A stretch of DNA of 55,840 nucleotides, filler included, from Dugesia japonica (Eukaryota): NCBI GenBank assembly GCA_001938525.1. It is 5 parts of 5 records of this genome, joined end to end, with 100 filler letters (N's around TTAATTAATTAA, not from the genome) between each part and the next. Parts side by side here need not be neighbours in the genome. Positions count along the whole stretch, not along the records: positions 1 to 10,351 come from MQRL01496821.1; positions 10,452 to 22,288 come from MQRL01634838.1; 3 more parts are not named here. One strand, written 5' to 3'. The first letter of the stretch is position 1. Every line of letters starts with the position of its first letter. Shown one piece after another: positions 1 through 12,192 of the stretch. A model generated the notes under the pieces. That model was not told the DNA's origin, searched no databases, and worked only from the letters and a program-made list of their open reading frames with translations. The translations under genes and the position numbers were made by a program.

Positions 1-599
1 GGGCGGAGTCCAAAAAGGGGCGGAGTCCAAAAGATAAAAAGGGGGCGGAGTCCAAAAAGTAGGCGGACAAAAATGGGGGGGGGTACCCCCTTCGAGGGGC
101 CCTGGTTTGGTGCGCTCATATCTACCTACTAATCTCGACTTATATGTCCTGTTTTATGACAACTTCAGCACTCTACCACTTTTTTTGTCGGACAATTTGC
201 TTTAGTATGACCGATCTTATGACATAACCAACATTCATCAACAATTCTCTTTATCTAATTATCAGAACAAACTGTATCAACTTTTCAGTATTCAGTGATA
301 AACAAAATTTTGATCTCGTTCTTGTTTAGTTTATGTGCATCGATATTGGATCGGAATGTCCAGATTATTTGCTCATTGCTGATTTAAAATAAAATACTTA
401 GTTATTTTTCTTTATTTATTATTCGTGGGATGAAAATCATTAATCAATTAATAAATAAAATATAGTAATATAACATACTCTTTATCCAGAATGTCAGCAA
501 AAAGTGGTTGGGATAAGATAAAAATTAAAAGGCTAAGATAAAAGATAAAGGATAAGATAAAAAATTTCTAATGAAAATTGAAGGAGAAAAATGTTACAA

Positions 600-1588
600 A
601 TTATCAGACATGTTTGGAATTCAAAGTTCTAAAGATACTTTCGAAGAACTAGACAAGAGAGAAATCGAAATTCAAATTGAAGCAGTGTTATGTCAAACAA
701 ATAAAAAGAAATAGAACGGATAATTCTAACGATAGGTTTCGTATAAATTGATATAATGTTATAATAATACCAGTAACATGAATGAACGATTTTTAAAAAA
801 TGACCCTCTTTATAATGATATATTCTATTTTGATCCAAATAATTTCCCACAAATTTCAAGTAGTAATATACCTCGTCTCATTTTTGAACCTTTATTCAAT
901 TTAATAAATGAAAAATTGAATAAAAATATTGCGAAGGAAATTTTGAAAGCTGAACTAATGGATTTTCAAAAAAAGTGGAAAAGTTTTAATGGTACTTTAG
1001 CAGAAGATAGAAGTGAATTGTTTTGTTATGAAGAAGATGATGAAGAGATTAATACAGTAAGATCATGCAAATCATGCAAAAATCGTATTGTATGCTGTTA
1101 TACAGTTTTACAAAAATTTCATCTGGATACACTAGCATACTCAAATTTATTTTTAGCGTACAAATTTGTTATTACTTTATCATCAACACAAGTATCTTGT
1201 GGGAGATCTTTTTCAAAGTTAAAATATATTTTAAATCGACTCAGAAATTGTTTAAATCAAAAACACTTGGAAGCATTTATGCTCATGGCGTGTGAAAAAA
1301 TATTCTAAATAACATTGACATAATAGAGTAATTGATATAATGAGAGAAAAAAGTGAAATATTAACAAAACTTGTTTAATTAGTAATATTTATTTAATTAT
1401 TTTTAATTACTTAATTTTAATTTTTGATTTTTGTTGCAATTATTAAAAAAAACTCTTTTTTATTATTTTAATAAATATGTTTATAAATTACTAATGTACT
1501 TTTTTGAAATTTTTTTTTCTCAAATTTACTATTGTGGGCCTACGTCACCGATATTTCCCGGGTCTAAATGTGTTTCCAGTCCAGCCCT
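600..1588 (+). mobile_element. hAT DNA transposon remnant: 3' part of a ZMYM1-like transposase (ORF 778-1308) plus the right terminus
   Basis: ORF ends with STQVSCGRSFSKLKYILNRLRNCLNQKHLEAFMLMACEK, the hAT C-terminal dimerisation motif (ERSFSxLK...LR). Frameshifted upstream residues (DRFRIN*YNVII) fit the same family. GC-richer terminus ends ...CCAGTCCAGCCCTG at 1588 (CAGGG on the - strand). Left end not seen. Confidence 0.8.
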
Positions 1589-1859
1589 GATAATCAATAA
1601 ACATTTGTGGAGAGTTGTGAGATTTTGAATTTAACTAATAATTCGTATTAAAAACGTAATAATAAAAGTAAAATACTTTCCACTTTGAACACATATTTAA
1701 TATAAAAACAAAAAATATAAAAAAGATCACCCCGATATTGTATAGATTTATATTTGTTATATAAAATATTAAACGCTCAAAAAAATATTGATTTATATAA
1801 TAAAAGTAAATTTTATGTTTTTGATTAAATGTACTAATATCATTTTTTATCATCTAAGT

Positions 1860-2155
1860 CAAGGGTGCACAACATACGGCGCGCGGTACGAATGCGGCCC
1901 TCAACTATGTTGCATGCGGCCCGGGACCCAAGTCCATGACAAATGCATAATGTATATTTTTAAAGAAATATAATTCTATACAACCCACTAGGTGCAAAAT
2001 GACACTTTAACCGTGCTATATTAAATTTTTGAATTATATATAACCTATAATATCAGTGATGCATAATCTTAGGCCCGAAAATTTTACATGCATGCCCGCG
2101 ACATTGATTTAAACTGATGATGTGGCTCGTTTAGAAAAACCATTGTGCACCCTTA
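1860..2155. mobile_element. hAT-type MITE (~296 bp)
   Basis: TIRs CAAGGGTGCACAA (1860) / TTGTGCACCCTTA (2143-2155, 1 mismatch). 8-bp TSD ATCTAAGT / ATCTAAGC (7/8). Confidence 0.85.
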
Positions 2156-2839
2156 ATCTAAGCCATATGAACACTTTATAGTAAGTGTTTCTAGCTGATT
2201 CATACTTGAAGATAATAAAACCATATAAGCAAAATATACAGTATTAAAATAATGTTTTAGAAAGAAATTGAGAATTACAGCGTGGAGAATAATACAGCAC
2301 AAAGAAAACATACGTTTGACTGTATAAATAAAGTTTTCATATAATTGTATAATTAAAATAATCCATTTTTGATGCGTGTTATAGACAAGTGCGCCCTATA
2401 AACGGAAAAAATACAAAGTATTTGTTTTTTGTCGATTTTCATGATTTCCACTTATGGAGTGCGCGCACACTAAGTGAAGTAACACGTTAGCATGGACATC
2501 AAGCGATAATCATCATCTCAGTATTCCTCATTATAATTTCAATCATTATTATCAATTATTTATATCATTATAATATGAAGAAAAATATTTTACTATTCTG
2601 ATCCTTAGTAAAATATTACTATGATTCTACAAGAAAATGACAATATAAATAAATAAAAAATTTCTGCATGATTTTACGATTGCAATTTTCTTTCGTCAAT
2701 TTTGACGTTTCTAATAATGGGCTATCATTTCAGATTTTTTTTAGATTACAGCTATTTCATCCTAATTAATATTTGTTTCAGTCGATATAATATTTTATTG
2801 AGTCGATTTAATATTTTTTTCATTCAATTTAATATTTCA

Positions 2840-3199
2840 GAGTTTAATATCAATGTTTCTATGTCTACGGTTAATAGGGCCATAGGCAAGTTTAATTACA
2901 GTGTTAAGAGAACCCATCTCATCCCAGAGAGGCGTAATATATCGGCAACTCTGACTTTAAGGAAAACTTATGCTCAAGGATTCAATAATTTTGTGACCGA
3001 CATAAATACTGCATACAACTTTTATTTCATAGATGAAGTTGGATTCAATCTTTCTATGAGGACTCGCAGAGGTCGATCTCAAATATGGCAGCGAGCTAAT
3101 CATATAGAATCTGCTCTGAGATCACAAAATATATATTGTAGACACATGCTTAGCTATATCCCCAAATGTTTGAATGAAACACCTCTTGAAAATGGTTAA
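2840..3199 (+). mobile_element. Tc1/IS630-like (DDE_3) transposase fragment
   Basis: NVSMSTVNRAIGKFNYSVKR (HTH recognition helix) followed by FYFIDEVGFNLSMRTRRGRS (first catalytic Asp, FIDExGF motif). Rest of the DDE domain absent. Confidence 0.75.
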
Positions 3200-5207
3200 T
3201 AAATTCTTAAACTAATATCTTACTTTTTATTTTCTGTGTTTGATGTATTTTAAAGCATTTTGTAAATAAATTTTTCAAAATTTTTCTTGACTATTAAATT
3301 GAATGAATAAAATATTAAATTGAATGAAATAATCAAGTTCAATATCGCAGTGATTATAATTTTATTGTTGTTTGTCTTTCATTCTCTTTAGAACAACTGA
3401 TGCTCCACTAATGTTCATACACACTGGTTAATATGTATTTGCTTGCTTTTGTGTAGGATGCTAACCTTATACTCATATATTATATACATTTTCTATATTT
3501 TACAGGTGCCTCCTGATAACAACATGTCTACTACCTTTGTTCGTAATGCTGCTTCTGCAAAATCATTCTTAAACCCGCATTGGTCCTATCACAAATTGAA
3601 ATCACTGAATTGAAACTTTTTCAAAAAATAAAATAATAATATTTTTGATTTAAAATAATAATTTTGAAAGCCAATATTTCTGGACATTACATATAATTAA
3701 AGGAATAATAAATGTCTCCAAATAAATACATTAATAAAAAATATCAATTTTTAACCCAAAATTNTCTGGGCTTTCTTACATTTAACTTCCTTTCAACAAT
3801 ATTTTCTTAATTTTTCTGAATAATAATATTTATTACCTTAATAATAATTTAATACAATTTAATTTAATGTAATACTTATCTACAATAATAAAATTTTTTA
3901 TTTTTGACTTTACTTTAATTAATACATTAATAATATAATTTTACAATAATAGTTATAATAATAATTAACATAAATTAACATTTATGAATTTTACTACTTC
4001 CTTATTACTTTTATTCTAATAACATTAATCTCACTTTTTATAAAAATAATTTTTCCTTTTAATGTAATTATGTAACTTTTGTTATAATCTTACTCTCTAC
4101 ATAATTTACTTTAATATAATCCTCTTTTATTATTTATCTACATTTATAAAGTATTTAACCAGTAAATTATTTAAAGTATTTTATTCCAGTCTAGCTTTCA
4201 AGTTTCATTTTTGTTTTAATTATCATTTTCGATTTTTTATTGAATTCCTTCCTTTTACTTGTAATTTGTCGTTTTAATTTCATTTTAATTGATTTATTCA
4301 AATAATAATTCTGTTCATCATCACACTTTATTGCTTTTATTCTTTTCTTTAATTTATTTCTTTTATAATTTTCATATTTTCTATTTTATTTATTCAATTC
4401 TTTTTATTTTCGCATTGAACATATAATCCATTTCTTTTATTTCTGTGTGATATTGTATTATTAATTCTTTCTTTAATTTTCTCTTGAGCATTATTTTAGT
4501 TGACGATTAATTTACTTATTTCTTTTGATTTTCTGAGAATCTCTGCACTTTTACTTTCTTTTGATTTTCTTTAAATATTCTATTTTCGTATTCGCATTAT
4601 CCATTTAACCATTAGTTTTGCAAACTTTTACCTTCGTGGTTGTTCTAGCCCAACAAAACATTAACTGCAAGCAAATTATCGCATAATGCTTTATACCATG
4701 TTGAACGTAAAAAAACTTTTGTCTATATTAGTAGATCAAATTCTTTAAAACATGGAGCTCAATCTAAGTGATCTCTATGAAGTTAAAACATCAGTTGTGA
4801 ATCACGATTTTCAAACAACAATGAAATTATTGTTATTAAATAAATGTGATTTATTTTCAATGTAAACGTAATCTGAAAATGGTTTTTCTATTAATCCATT
4901 TTTTGTTAATTCATTTAACTCGATTTTTACCTAGCCCTGATTTAAACGTCCATTTATGAAAATTATGTTGTTATATAATTACTATCTTACCAATTCTTAT
5001 CTTAAACCGTTATTTTTAAGGGTTATTAATAAATATTTCATTCCTCTCATCAAAATATTAAAAATTTTCGACTGTGGAATATTAATACTTAAATTAAAAC
5101 GATACTTAAATGATTCGTTTTAGTGCTCTGAATATTTAACTAAAGCAATATTTTCAACTGATAAAACTCAATCATATTAATGAACAATGCATAAGTTTCG
5201 TTTATAT

Positions 5208-5508
5208 CAGTAGTAAACAATTAGTAAACAATTAGTGTGTCACGACAAGTATCCTGATGTATCACGAAAAATTTTTAAAAATTAAAAAATACTGTTCGCA
5301 ACGCCAAGCCATACATCACATTGATTTTTAATCTTACATAAAGAAAAAGATTTTATTTTTAAGCTTTTTGTCATACCGTATGTTTTTCTAACTTTTTTAA
5401 TAAAAATTTTAATAAATCTTTATTGTACCGCTTTAAATTCCGTAAAAATAAATTGGTGTCGCGAAAATACTTTACATAGGTGTGTCGCGACTTGAAGTTT
5501 AAACACTG
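5208..5508. mobile_element. Degenerate hAT-type MITE
   Basis: Starts CAGT..., ends ...AAACACTG. Internal GTGTCGCGA/GTGTCACGA subterminal motifs. 8-bp TSD GTTTATAT / GTTTAAAT (7/8). Confidence 0.6.
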
Positions 5509-5931
5509 GTTTAAATAATTGATTTATTAGCAATATAAAATGTAAAAACATTTATTAAATGTTTATAGTAATGTAACAATATGGTAAAAACATTAACAAT
5601 ATTTTTAAAATTATCAGTGTTAACACAAAAATTTGTCTGAATAAAAATCGGAAAGCAATTTATCCAAATTTGTTACAAATTAAAACGAAAATGAATTGAA
5701 AACGTTTTATACCACAATTTTTGAATTTTCAAATTCTCGAAACCAATAATTTTAACTATAACTAAATTATGTAAGATATTTTCCAGTATTAAAATACAAA
5801 AAACTATAAATAATTTTTGTTTATTGTTTTAATACTTTTTCAGTGATAACTAAAATAACTAGCAATTCTTAACTTCTCGAAATAGTTTTTAGCAAATAAG
5901 AATAATATCAAAGGGCAATTAGATAAGTTAA

Positions 5932-6826
5932 TTAATTTTGATATTCATTTAGAATAGATGTTAATCTTTTAGATATTGAGTCTGCTTTTAAAATTCCATT
6001 ACTTTCATTTTCCAATTGTGTAGCGAATTTCATCAAATGAGATTCCAAATATTTTCGATTTTTTTTTGGTTTTGTGTTATCACTTCTGTTTCGTCGATTT
6101 GCAAACCACGAGTTAACCTAAATCAAATAATTAAACATTGATTAAAATCTAAAATAATAACTTGTGCGACTGATATTAATCCCTGAAAGGCTAGTGTTTC
6201 TTTTTGTTTGTTATTTGGATATGGATAGTCAACATGTTTCAGATACCATTTTTCCATTATTTTCACAGCCTTTTTATTTAGTGGTTTATTTCTGTAGTTA
6301 GTTATATCATTTTTTTTCCTATCCCTTCTTATGGATTTCGAATAGATTTCTTCAGAATTAGAGAGAACTTCGTATGGAGTGCAAGCTTGTATATTATTAT
6401 TAACTGATCTTGAGTATTTTTGGAGAAGATTTTCGTTTAGTTTATCTTCTTTCGAAAATTCCAAATCAGAAAATAGTTTATCGTCTAAATTTAACACAGT
6501 ATCCTTTGATGGTTTATTGGGTTCTTCAACAAATAAATGAGAGAATACATCGTTGCAATTTAATTCTGAATGTCTTGATGTAATTATAGAAAAATTATTT
6601 TCAAATTTTTCATTCCAAAATGTGTTTTCATCATGTTCATTTGTTTTGAGTAATGTTTCAAAATTAACTCTTAATAACAAAATTAATTTATAATTTTAAG
6701 ATACATTTTAATTAACTCATACTTTTCGTCATTAATATTAATTTCTGGATAATTATTATTTAAAATATATTCTTCTAAAGGCAAATCAAATATCGAATCA
6801 GCAATAAACGACCCACTTGAATACAT
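5932..6826 (-). CDS. TALE-class homeobox transcription factor (~265 aa), divergent and spiralian-TALE-like; 3 exons
   Basis: Exons 6826-6723, 6669-6162 and 6117-5932, with GT-AG introns of 53 and 44 nt. Spliced homeodomain RNKPLNKKAVKIMEKWYLKHVDYPYPNNKQKETLAFQGLISVAQ|VNSWFANRRNR has the TALE PYP loop and WFxN helix 3. The intron sits at the classic helix-3 Q|V position. Stop TAA at 5934-5932. Confidence 0.92.
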
Positions 6827-8559
6827 TTGAATTTAATTGTCTTTGTTTAAAAATAACCAATGAAATTTAATATAATACACACAATTATATTGGTTTTAAA
6901 AAGTCCAGATCATGTATAAAATAATCCGATTTACAATAATCAATTTGGTGCTGTATTACAGTTTTGGAAATTCATAACTTTAAAGAAATAATATTTTCGG
7001 TCTTTTAAAGTTGTTATTTTAAACCTTAACATCTGTAGGTTTTCCATGTATAATAACAAGTAATTCATATTTATGAAACCAATTTGTTATTATTAAGCAC
7101 TGTCTCATCTTATTTAGGTAATACTATTTGGCATTAGTTTCCTAATTTAAATTAAAATGTAACCTTAGGCATATTATTAATGATTTCATGTTGGCATATA
7201 AATTCATCAAATAACAATTTCATATTAGCAAGTAACTATTATCGAATAATAGTTTCATGTCTACGTAATAAATTCATGAAATATCAATTCCATATCCAAT
7301 TTCGGGAACAAAGAATACTGAAAAGATTAACATCCAATAATTATCTTAAAAAAATTTAAACCTTTTTCTTTCAATTGAAATTATTGAAAAATATATTTTT
7401 TTATTTTTCACAAATATTTATAAAACTTATGACTTTGAGAACTCCTTACCTAGTTTAGTTCTGTATACTTTATTTTTTGGTGTACAAATTGCAAAATTTT
7501 CACACCTTGTTTTTTTCATTCCTTTATGATTGTTCCGTCGCTTATTTTTGTTGATCCATTTACAACTTATTTTGTAGTGTGTTTTCATAAGTTTCATGCC
7601 ATAAATTTTTGTATNNNNNNNNNNNNNNNNNNTATCAATTGCTTTTTTTCGTTTAGAATAGAGGTTCTCAAAGTCAAGATAGCGAAAAAAACATTTTGAG
7701 ACTGTATGAAACTTTCAAATTGTCTCTGATTTTAATCATAAATTTATTATGTATTAATTTTTTTGTCTTATAAAGAGAAAGTCATATTTTCCTATGATAT
7801 TAGGGATCATACAAATTTTAAAGTCAAGACAAAATATTTTTAAGTAGACATGTAAAGATATTAATAAACAGCATATATAAGTCCTTAGCCAACATGTTAA
7901 AATTATAAAAATATGTTCATTCTGTCAAGGAAAATATATGGATCAAATGATTTCGTTAGTTAAAATTAGTTATTAAATAATGTTTTATAAATATTTTTCT
8001 CTATAATTTTTAAATTTTGAAATTCATTAATTTATTTAGTCTAATTTACGATTTTCTTTTAAATTTAATAAAATTACTGGAGTCTAAGCCTTTGTAAATA
8101 AAATAAGTAAATACGGTACTCCTAAGTAATCATTTAAATTACCTTAAGATCTACGTAAACTAGTGTTGATAAATCTGAATTTAAGATTAAGAAATAATTA
8201 AATATTTTTGAGTTTTATAGTAGCGGTTCGAGATTACTAAAAGAAGTAATTTTAAAGTTTTATAATAGCAAATCAATATTATGATATAAAATTCATCAAC
8301 TTCAAAAATTTATTGACTAAGATATTAAGTCTACAACTTCAACACAAAAAATGAAACTGTTCTAAGTTAGTCGAATATCTGACCTATATAGTATTAAATT
8401 ACGATTAATATATGAAGCATGAAGTCAGTTAGTAATAATACTGTATTCTGATGATAAAATCCTAGTAGTAAATGATTCCAATGTGAAGTCTAAGAATATA
8501 ATAGTAGATTTTAGAAACGCATCATTCGATGAATATATAAATTATAGACATTCTGTTGA

Positions 8560-8880
8560 CAGACACCTAAAGGAGTACTTGATCACGCTAATAAATCAAA
8601 TGATTGCTTAAAAATTAGACGGTTAACCATTCAGAGATTTTAATAATTAAGATTTTGTAAAATTTATTTTGTCCAAGATTTACAATGATGATATAGGTTT
8701 CGATAAATTCTAATGTTTTTCAGGATTTTAATAATGATTTAATTTCAATAATAGAATTTAGTTTAATTTTGACTTCATGAGGAGCTATATGAGCAGTTGA
8801 TTCACCAACTATAAGTGATAAAACAGTATTGATTACAATATAAATATATAAAATACAAGTTTAACAGTCAACTATTCTAT
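8560..8880 (+). pseudogene. Possible highly decayed APE-type endonuclease fragment of a LINE or Helentron
   Basis: Broken-frame motifs xDFNN, YEQLI/SPT and SIDY occur in the order expected for the APE C-terminal half. Many stops and frameshifts. Confidence 0.25.
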
Positions 8881-9892
8881 TTTTAAAATTTGGCCATCNN
8901 NNNNNNNNNNNNNAAATATTTAATTCAGATCTAGACAAGCACAGATTGATTTGGAAGTTGATAGTTTAGAAATTTTATGGGAATAATTGTAACGAATATA
9001 GTAAATTCTAAATTGCGTATAGTTACATTCGTTGTCATGGTAATAAATAAATTTGATAAATTTAAGTTTTCGCTATTAAATCATTAGAAATTAAGAACAA
9101 TATTAGTTAAATTCAAAGTCTCACAAGTCTCCATAAATTGTTTATTGATTATTACAAGTCTTTTATTAATATGAAAAATGATAAAGCACAATTCACAAAT
9201 TTCAAACAAATAATCTGAGAAATCTTAATAAAATATTTTTGAAAAATATGGATTTTTTAAATTCCAAAATACTTTTATTTTACCTGAATCTTTAATTATT
9301 TTTAAACCTAATTTTATAAAATAATTTTCAAAATTTTATAATTTAACACAATATAAAATATCGAATTTAATTTTAAATACTATTATTTTACATATATATT
9401 TATTTATTTTTAAAATTTTTATAATTTAACATAATAAAATATATATAAATTATTCAATTAATTTGTATTTTAAAAAACCTGTTTTATATTTTAAAAGTTT
9501 CAAAAAACCAATTTTAATATTAAATATAAAAATTAAAAAATCTCAGATATTTGAAATTCATGAATCGATACTCATAAACAACAAATATAGTAATGAACTG
9601 GGACAATAATGCAAATCCAAGTTTTTAATTATAAGACCGTAATCAATTTTTTTTCTGTAATAATATTTTATTAAAATTACTATTACCTATAAAATTAAAG
9701 ACGTTTTCCAAAAATATTTAAAATTTTTTATTTTTAAATTTTTAATAAAATTTTTTTTAAACCTATGAAATAATAAAAATTGAAATTTATTTTAAAAAAT
9801 AAAATACAAAATCTATAAAAAAAAACTATATTCAGTATAATTGGATTAATCTATATTTAAATAATATAGACTGAATATACTCATTTTTTTCA

Positions 9893-9940
9893 TTTTTATC
9901 TGATGATGACAGTTGATCCGTCGAAATATATAACAATAAA
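9893..9940 (+). ncRNA. Minimal type I hammerhead ribozyme, family A (core intact, stem I weakened)
   Basis: ttttat-CTGATGA(9900-9906)-t-GAC-agttgatcc-GTC-GAAA-tata-TA^acaata. Stem III is palindromic (ATATAT). Lies in a repeat (about 9825-9960) that recurs inverted at about 26010-26140. Confidence 0.7.
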
Positions 9941-10351
9941 GTTTTATTTTAAATGGCATTATTTATTTTTTATGGAATAGAATTTTAATTTTGTAATAAA
10001 CATGTCTGATAATTTATAACTTGATTATTAATGGTGATATAAATTTGCTATATCCAGATGTCACGACGAGTAATGCAGGCCGAAGCCAAGAGATCTTTGA
10101 GTGAGCATGGATGATTAGATGAGAAGGTAGCCGCGAATAAAGAACAATGTAAAAAACTTCGAAGCTTAACACCGTATTTTTCAGAAAATAAACCATACCA
10201 TGATTTTTAAGAATGGTTTTAATGTAAGACGTATTCTAAAAATAAGCCCTAGGGCAAAAATAACACCACACCCATAGGTGTGTTATGTAACATAATTTTT
10301 CATGATTTTTTTTTGCTTTCACGCTTCTAGTCATAAATTATGTAAATAAAT

Positions 10352-10451
10352 NNNNNNNNNNNNNNNNNNNNNNNNNNNNNNNNNNNNNNNNNNNNTTAAT
10401 TAATTAANNNNNNNNNNNNNNNNNNNNNNNNNNNNNNNNNNNNNNNNNNNN
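10352..10451. other. Artificial contig-joining spacer N44-TTAATTAATTAA-N44
   Basis: Exactly 100 nt with a 12-mer giving stops in all six frames. Identical to three other spacers in the window. Confidence 0.95.
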
Positions 10452-11109
10452 AGGAAAAGTATTGCAAGATGTAACAAGCAAAATGAAGTTTCCTATCGGT
10501 AAACCTTCTCAAATGCAATGCAGATTCAAGTTAAACAAAGCATTTCCAACTTTTTTCATATGTTGATTTTTAATTGGGCAGGTTGTGTTTCAACAAATTT
10601 TATATAAAACAATTCATTTTCAGATTTAATTCGTTTTTTTTTAAAAATGCTTTTATAAAATGGAAAAGAAATAAGTGAACATGGTAATAATTTGATTTAT
10701 TATTTCTATTTTTAATTTATTTCTAGATCTAATTCGGAGAAAACAATTACTGGAACTATGTTTTAAATACAAAATACTTCGATATTCCGGATGTATTATT
10801 CTTCTTGATAACAAATTCTATTTAGAAAACGAAAATAGTAAAGATCTATGTCCGTAAACAATCATGAAAGAAATAATATTAGACTTTTTTAAAATAATTT
10901 GCGTTATTGTCTTTAATAATTGTTAATTTATACTGACTATTTGTTTTTCTTTATTTGTTAAAAAAAACTTAAATTTGGTGTGTTTTCATAAAAGTTGCAA
11001 TTCAGGTGCAGTAAAAAAAATTAATTTAAAATTTAAAAACAAAAATTAAAAACAAAAAAAAAATTTTAATAAAAAAAATTAAAAAAAAGAAAATTTTAAA
11101 AAAAATATG

Positions 11110-11906
11110 GAAACATGATTTTTACCATGAAGGAAGCATTTTACGGTCCAAGTTCATGAGAGATTCCTATCCAACAATACCTTTTGTCTTTNAATAAAAT
11201 GAAAAGTGGGCTGATGCGCCACTATATACCTACTACACTATCTACCTTAACATTTTACTTTTTCATTTCCTATATTTTCAAAAAAAAAGTTCTTTGTTTC
11301 AAATTTTCATATTTGTGATAAAATGAAACACTTTATGATATTAGTCTTTTAAGTAATGTATAGGTAGGTTTTAATTGACTATCCACTGGTAAAAATTTCA
11401 AAGTCATATCTTTAAAGATGGTGGCTGTACGCCATTTTGAAATATTAAATGTTTAATAACCTTTTACCTTTTCATCGGATTACAAATATAAATGCACCAT
11501 CGTGCTCGCCATCAAATTCCGCGTCCAACAATTTCTACTTTTCCCCCATTGCACATTTCTATTCGCCAATAAGGTACAGGTGAGGTAGTGCGCCACTATC
11601 TACCTACTACACATAGACCTCATTTTTCACCATGAAGCAAGCATTTTTCGATACTAGTCCTTTAGGCAATGTAAGGTATTTTTCGATTTACTTTACAACT
11701 ATATAAGTTTCAAGTCAAAAAATTACAGTCCAACTTTAAAAAATAGCAAATATCTCGTCAGAAACGAGGTTCTCGTCAAACTTTAAATACGCAAAATGTA
11801 GAAAATTTAATAAAGAAAAAGAAAAACAAATTTGTCAAAAAAAATTTCTCGACAAAAAAATTGTTTCCACGGGGGGGTTGAGCTAGTGCGCCACTATCTA
11901 CCTACT
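11110..11906. mobile_element. Unclassified non-autonomous element with repeated GTGCGCCACTATCTACCTACT motif
   Basis: Motif at 11215-11234 (variant), 11589-11608 and 11886-11906, with duplicated internal blocks (CATGAAG[G/C]AAGCATTTT at ~11127 and ~11631). The TATCTACCTACT terminus also occurs at 119-130 and, inverted, at 47699-47710. Confidence 0.45.
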
Positions 11907-11909
11907 CAC

Positions 11910-12075
11910 ATACATATTGATAATATATTGAACAATTGTCAACATTTCAACGAATGATTTTCAGCGTTTTCAATAATCATCAATCGATATGAATAGTAAT
12001 TCATGTAACTGACTTTTTTATACGTTTCCTCATTTGTTTGTGGATTTCTTAGTATGATGTTGAATGATTTAATCT
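11910..12075 (-). mobile_element. Helitron RepHel fragment
   Basis: Minus-strand translation IILRNPQTNEETYKKVSYMNYYSYRLMIIENAENHSLKC*QLFN matches the conserved Helitron segment KVSxMxYYSYRLMIR...ILxCRQLFHQYxVDMY just before the Rep domain. Confidence 0.8.
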
Positions 12076-12192
12076 TTTTTATTAAATAAAATTTTAATTA
12101 TAATTTATATTAATAAAAGTGTTTCTATTAATAATTATATATTAGTATAATTATAAATTTATAAAACGAAATATTATCACAATTAAAGTTAC

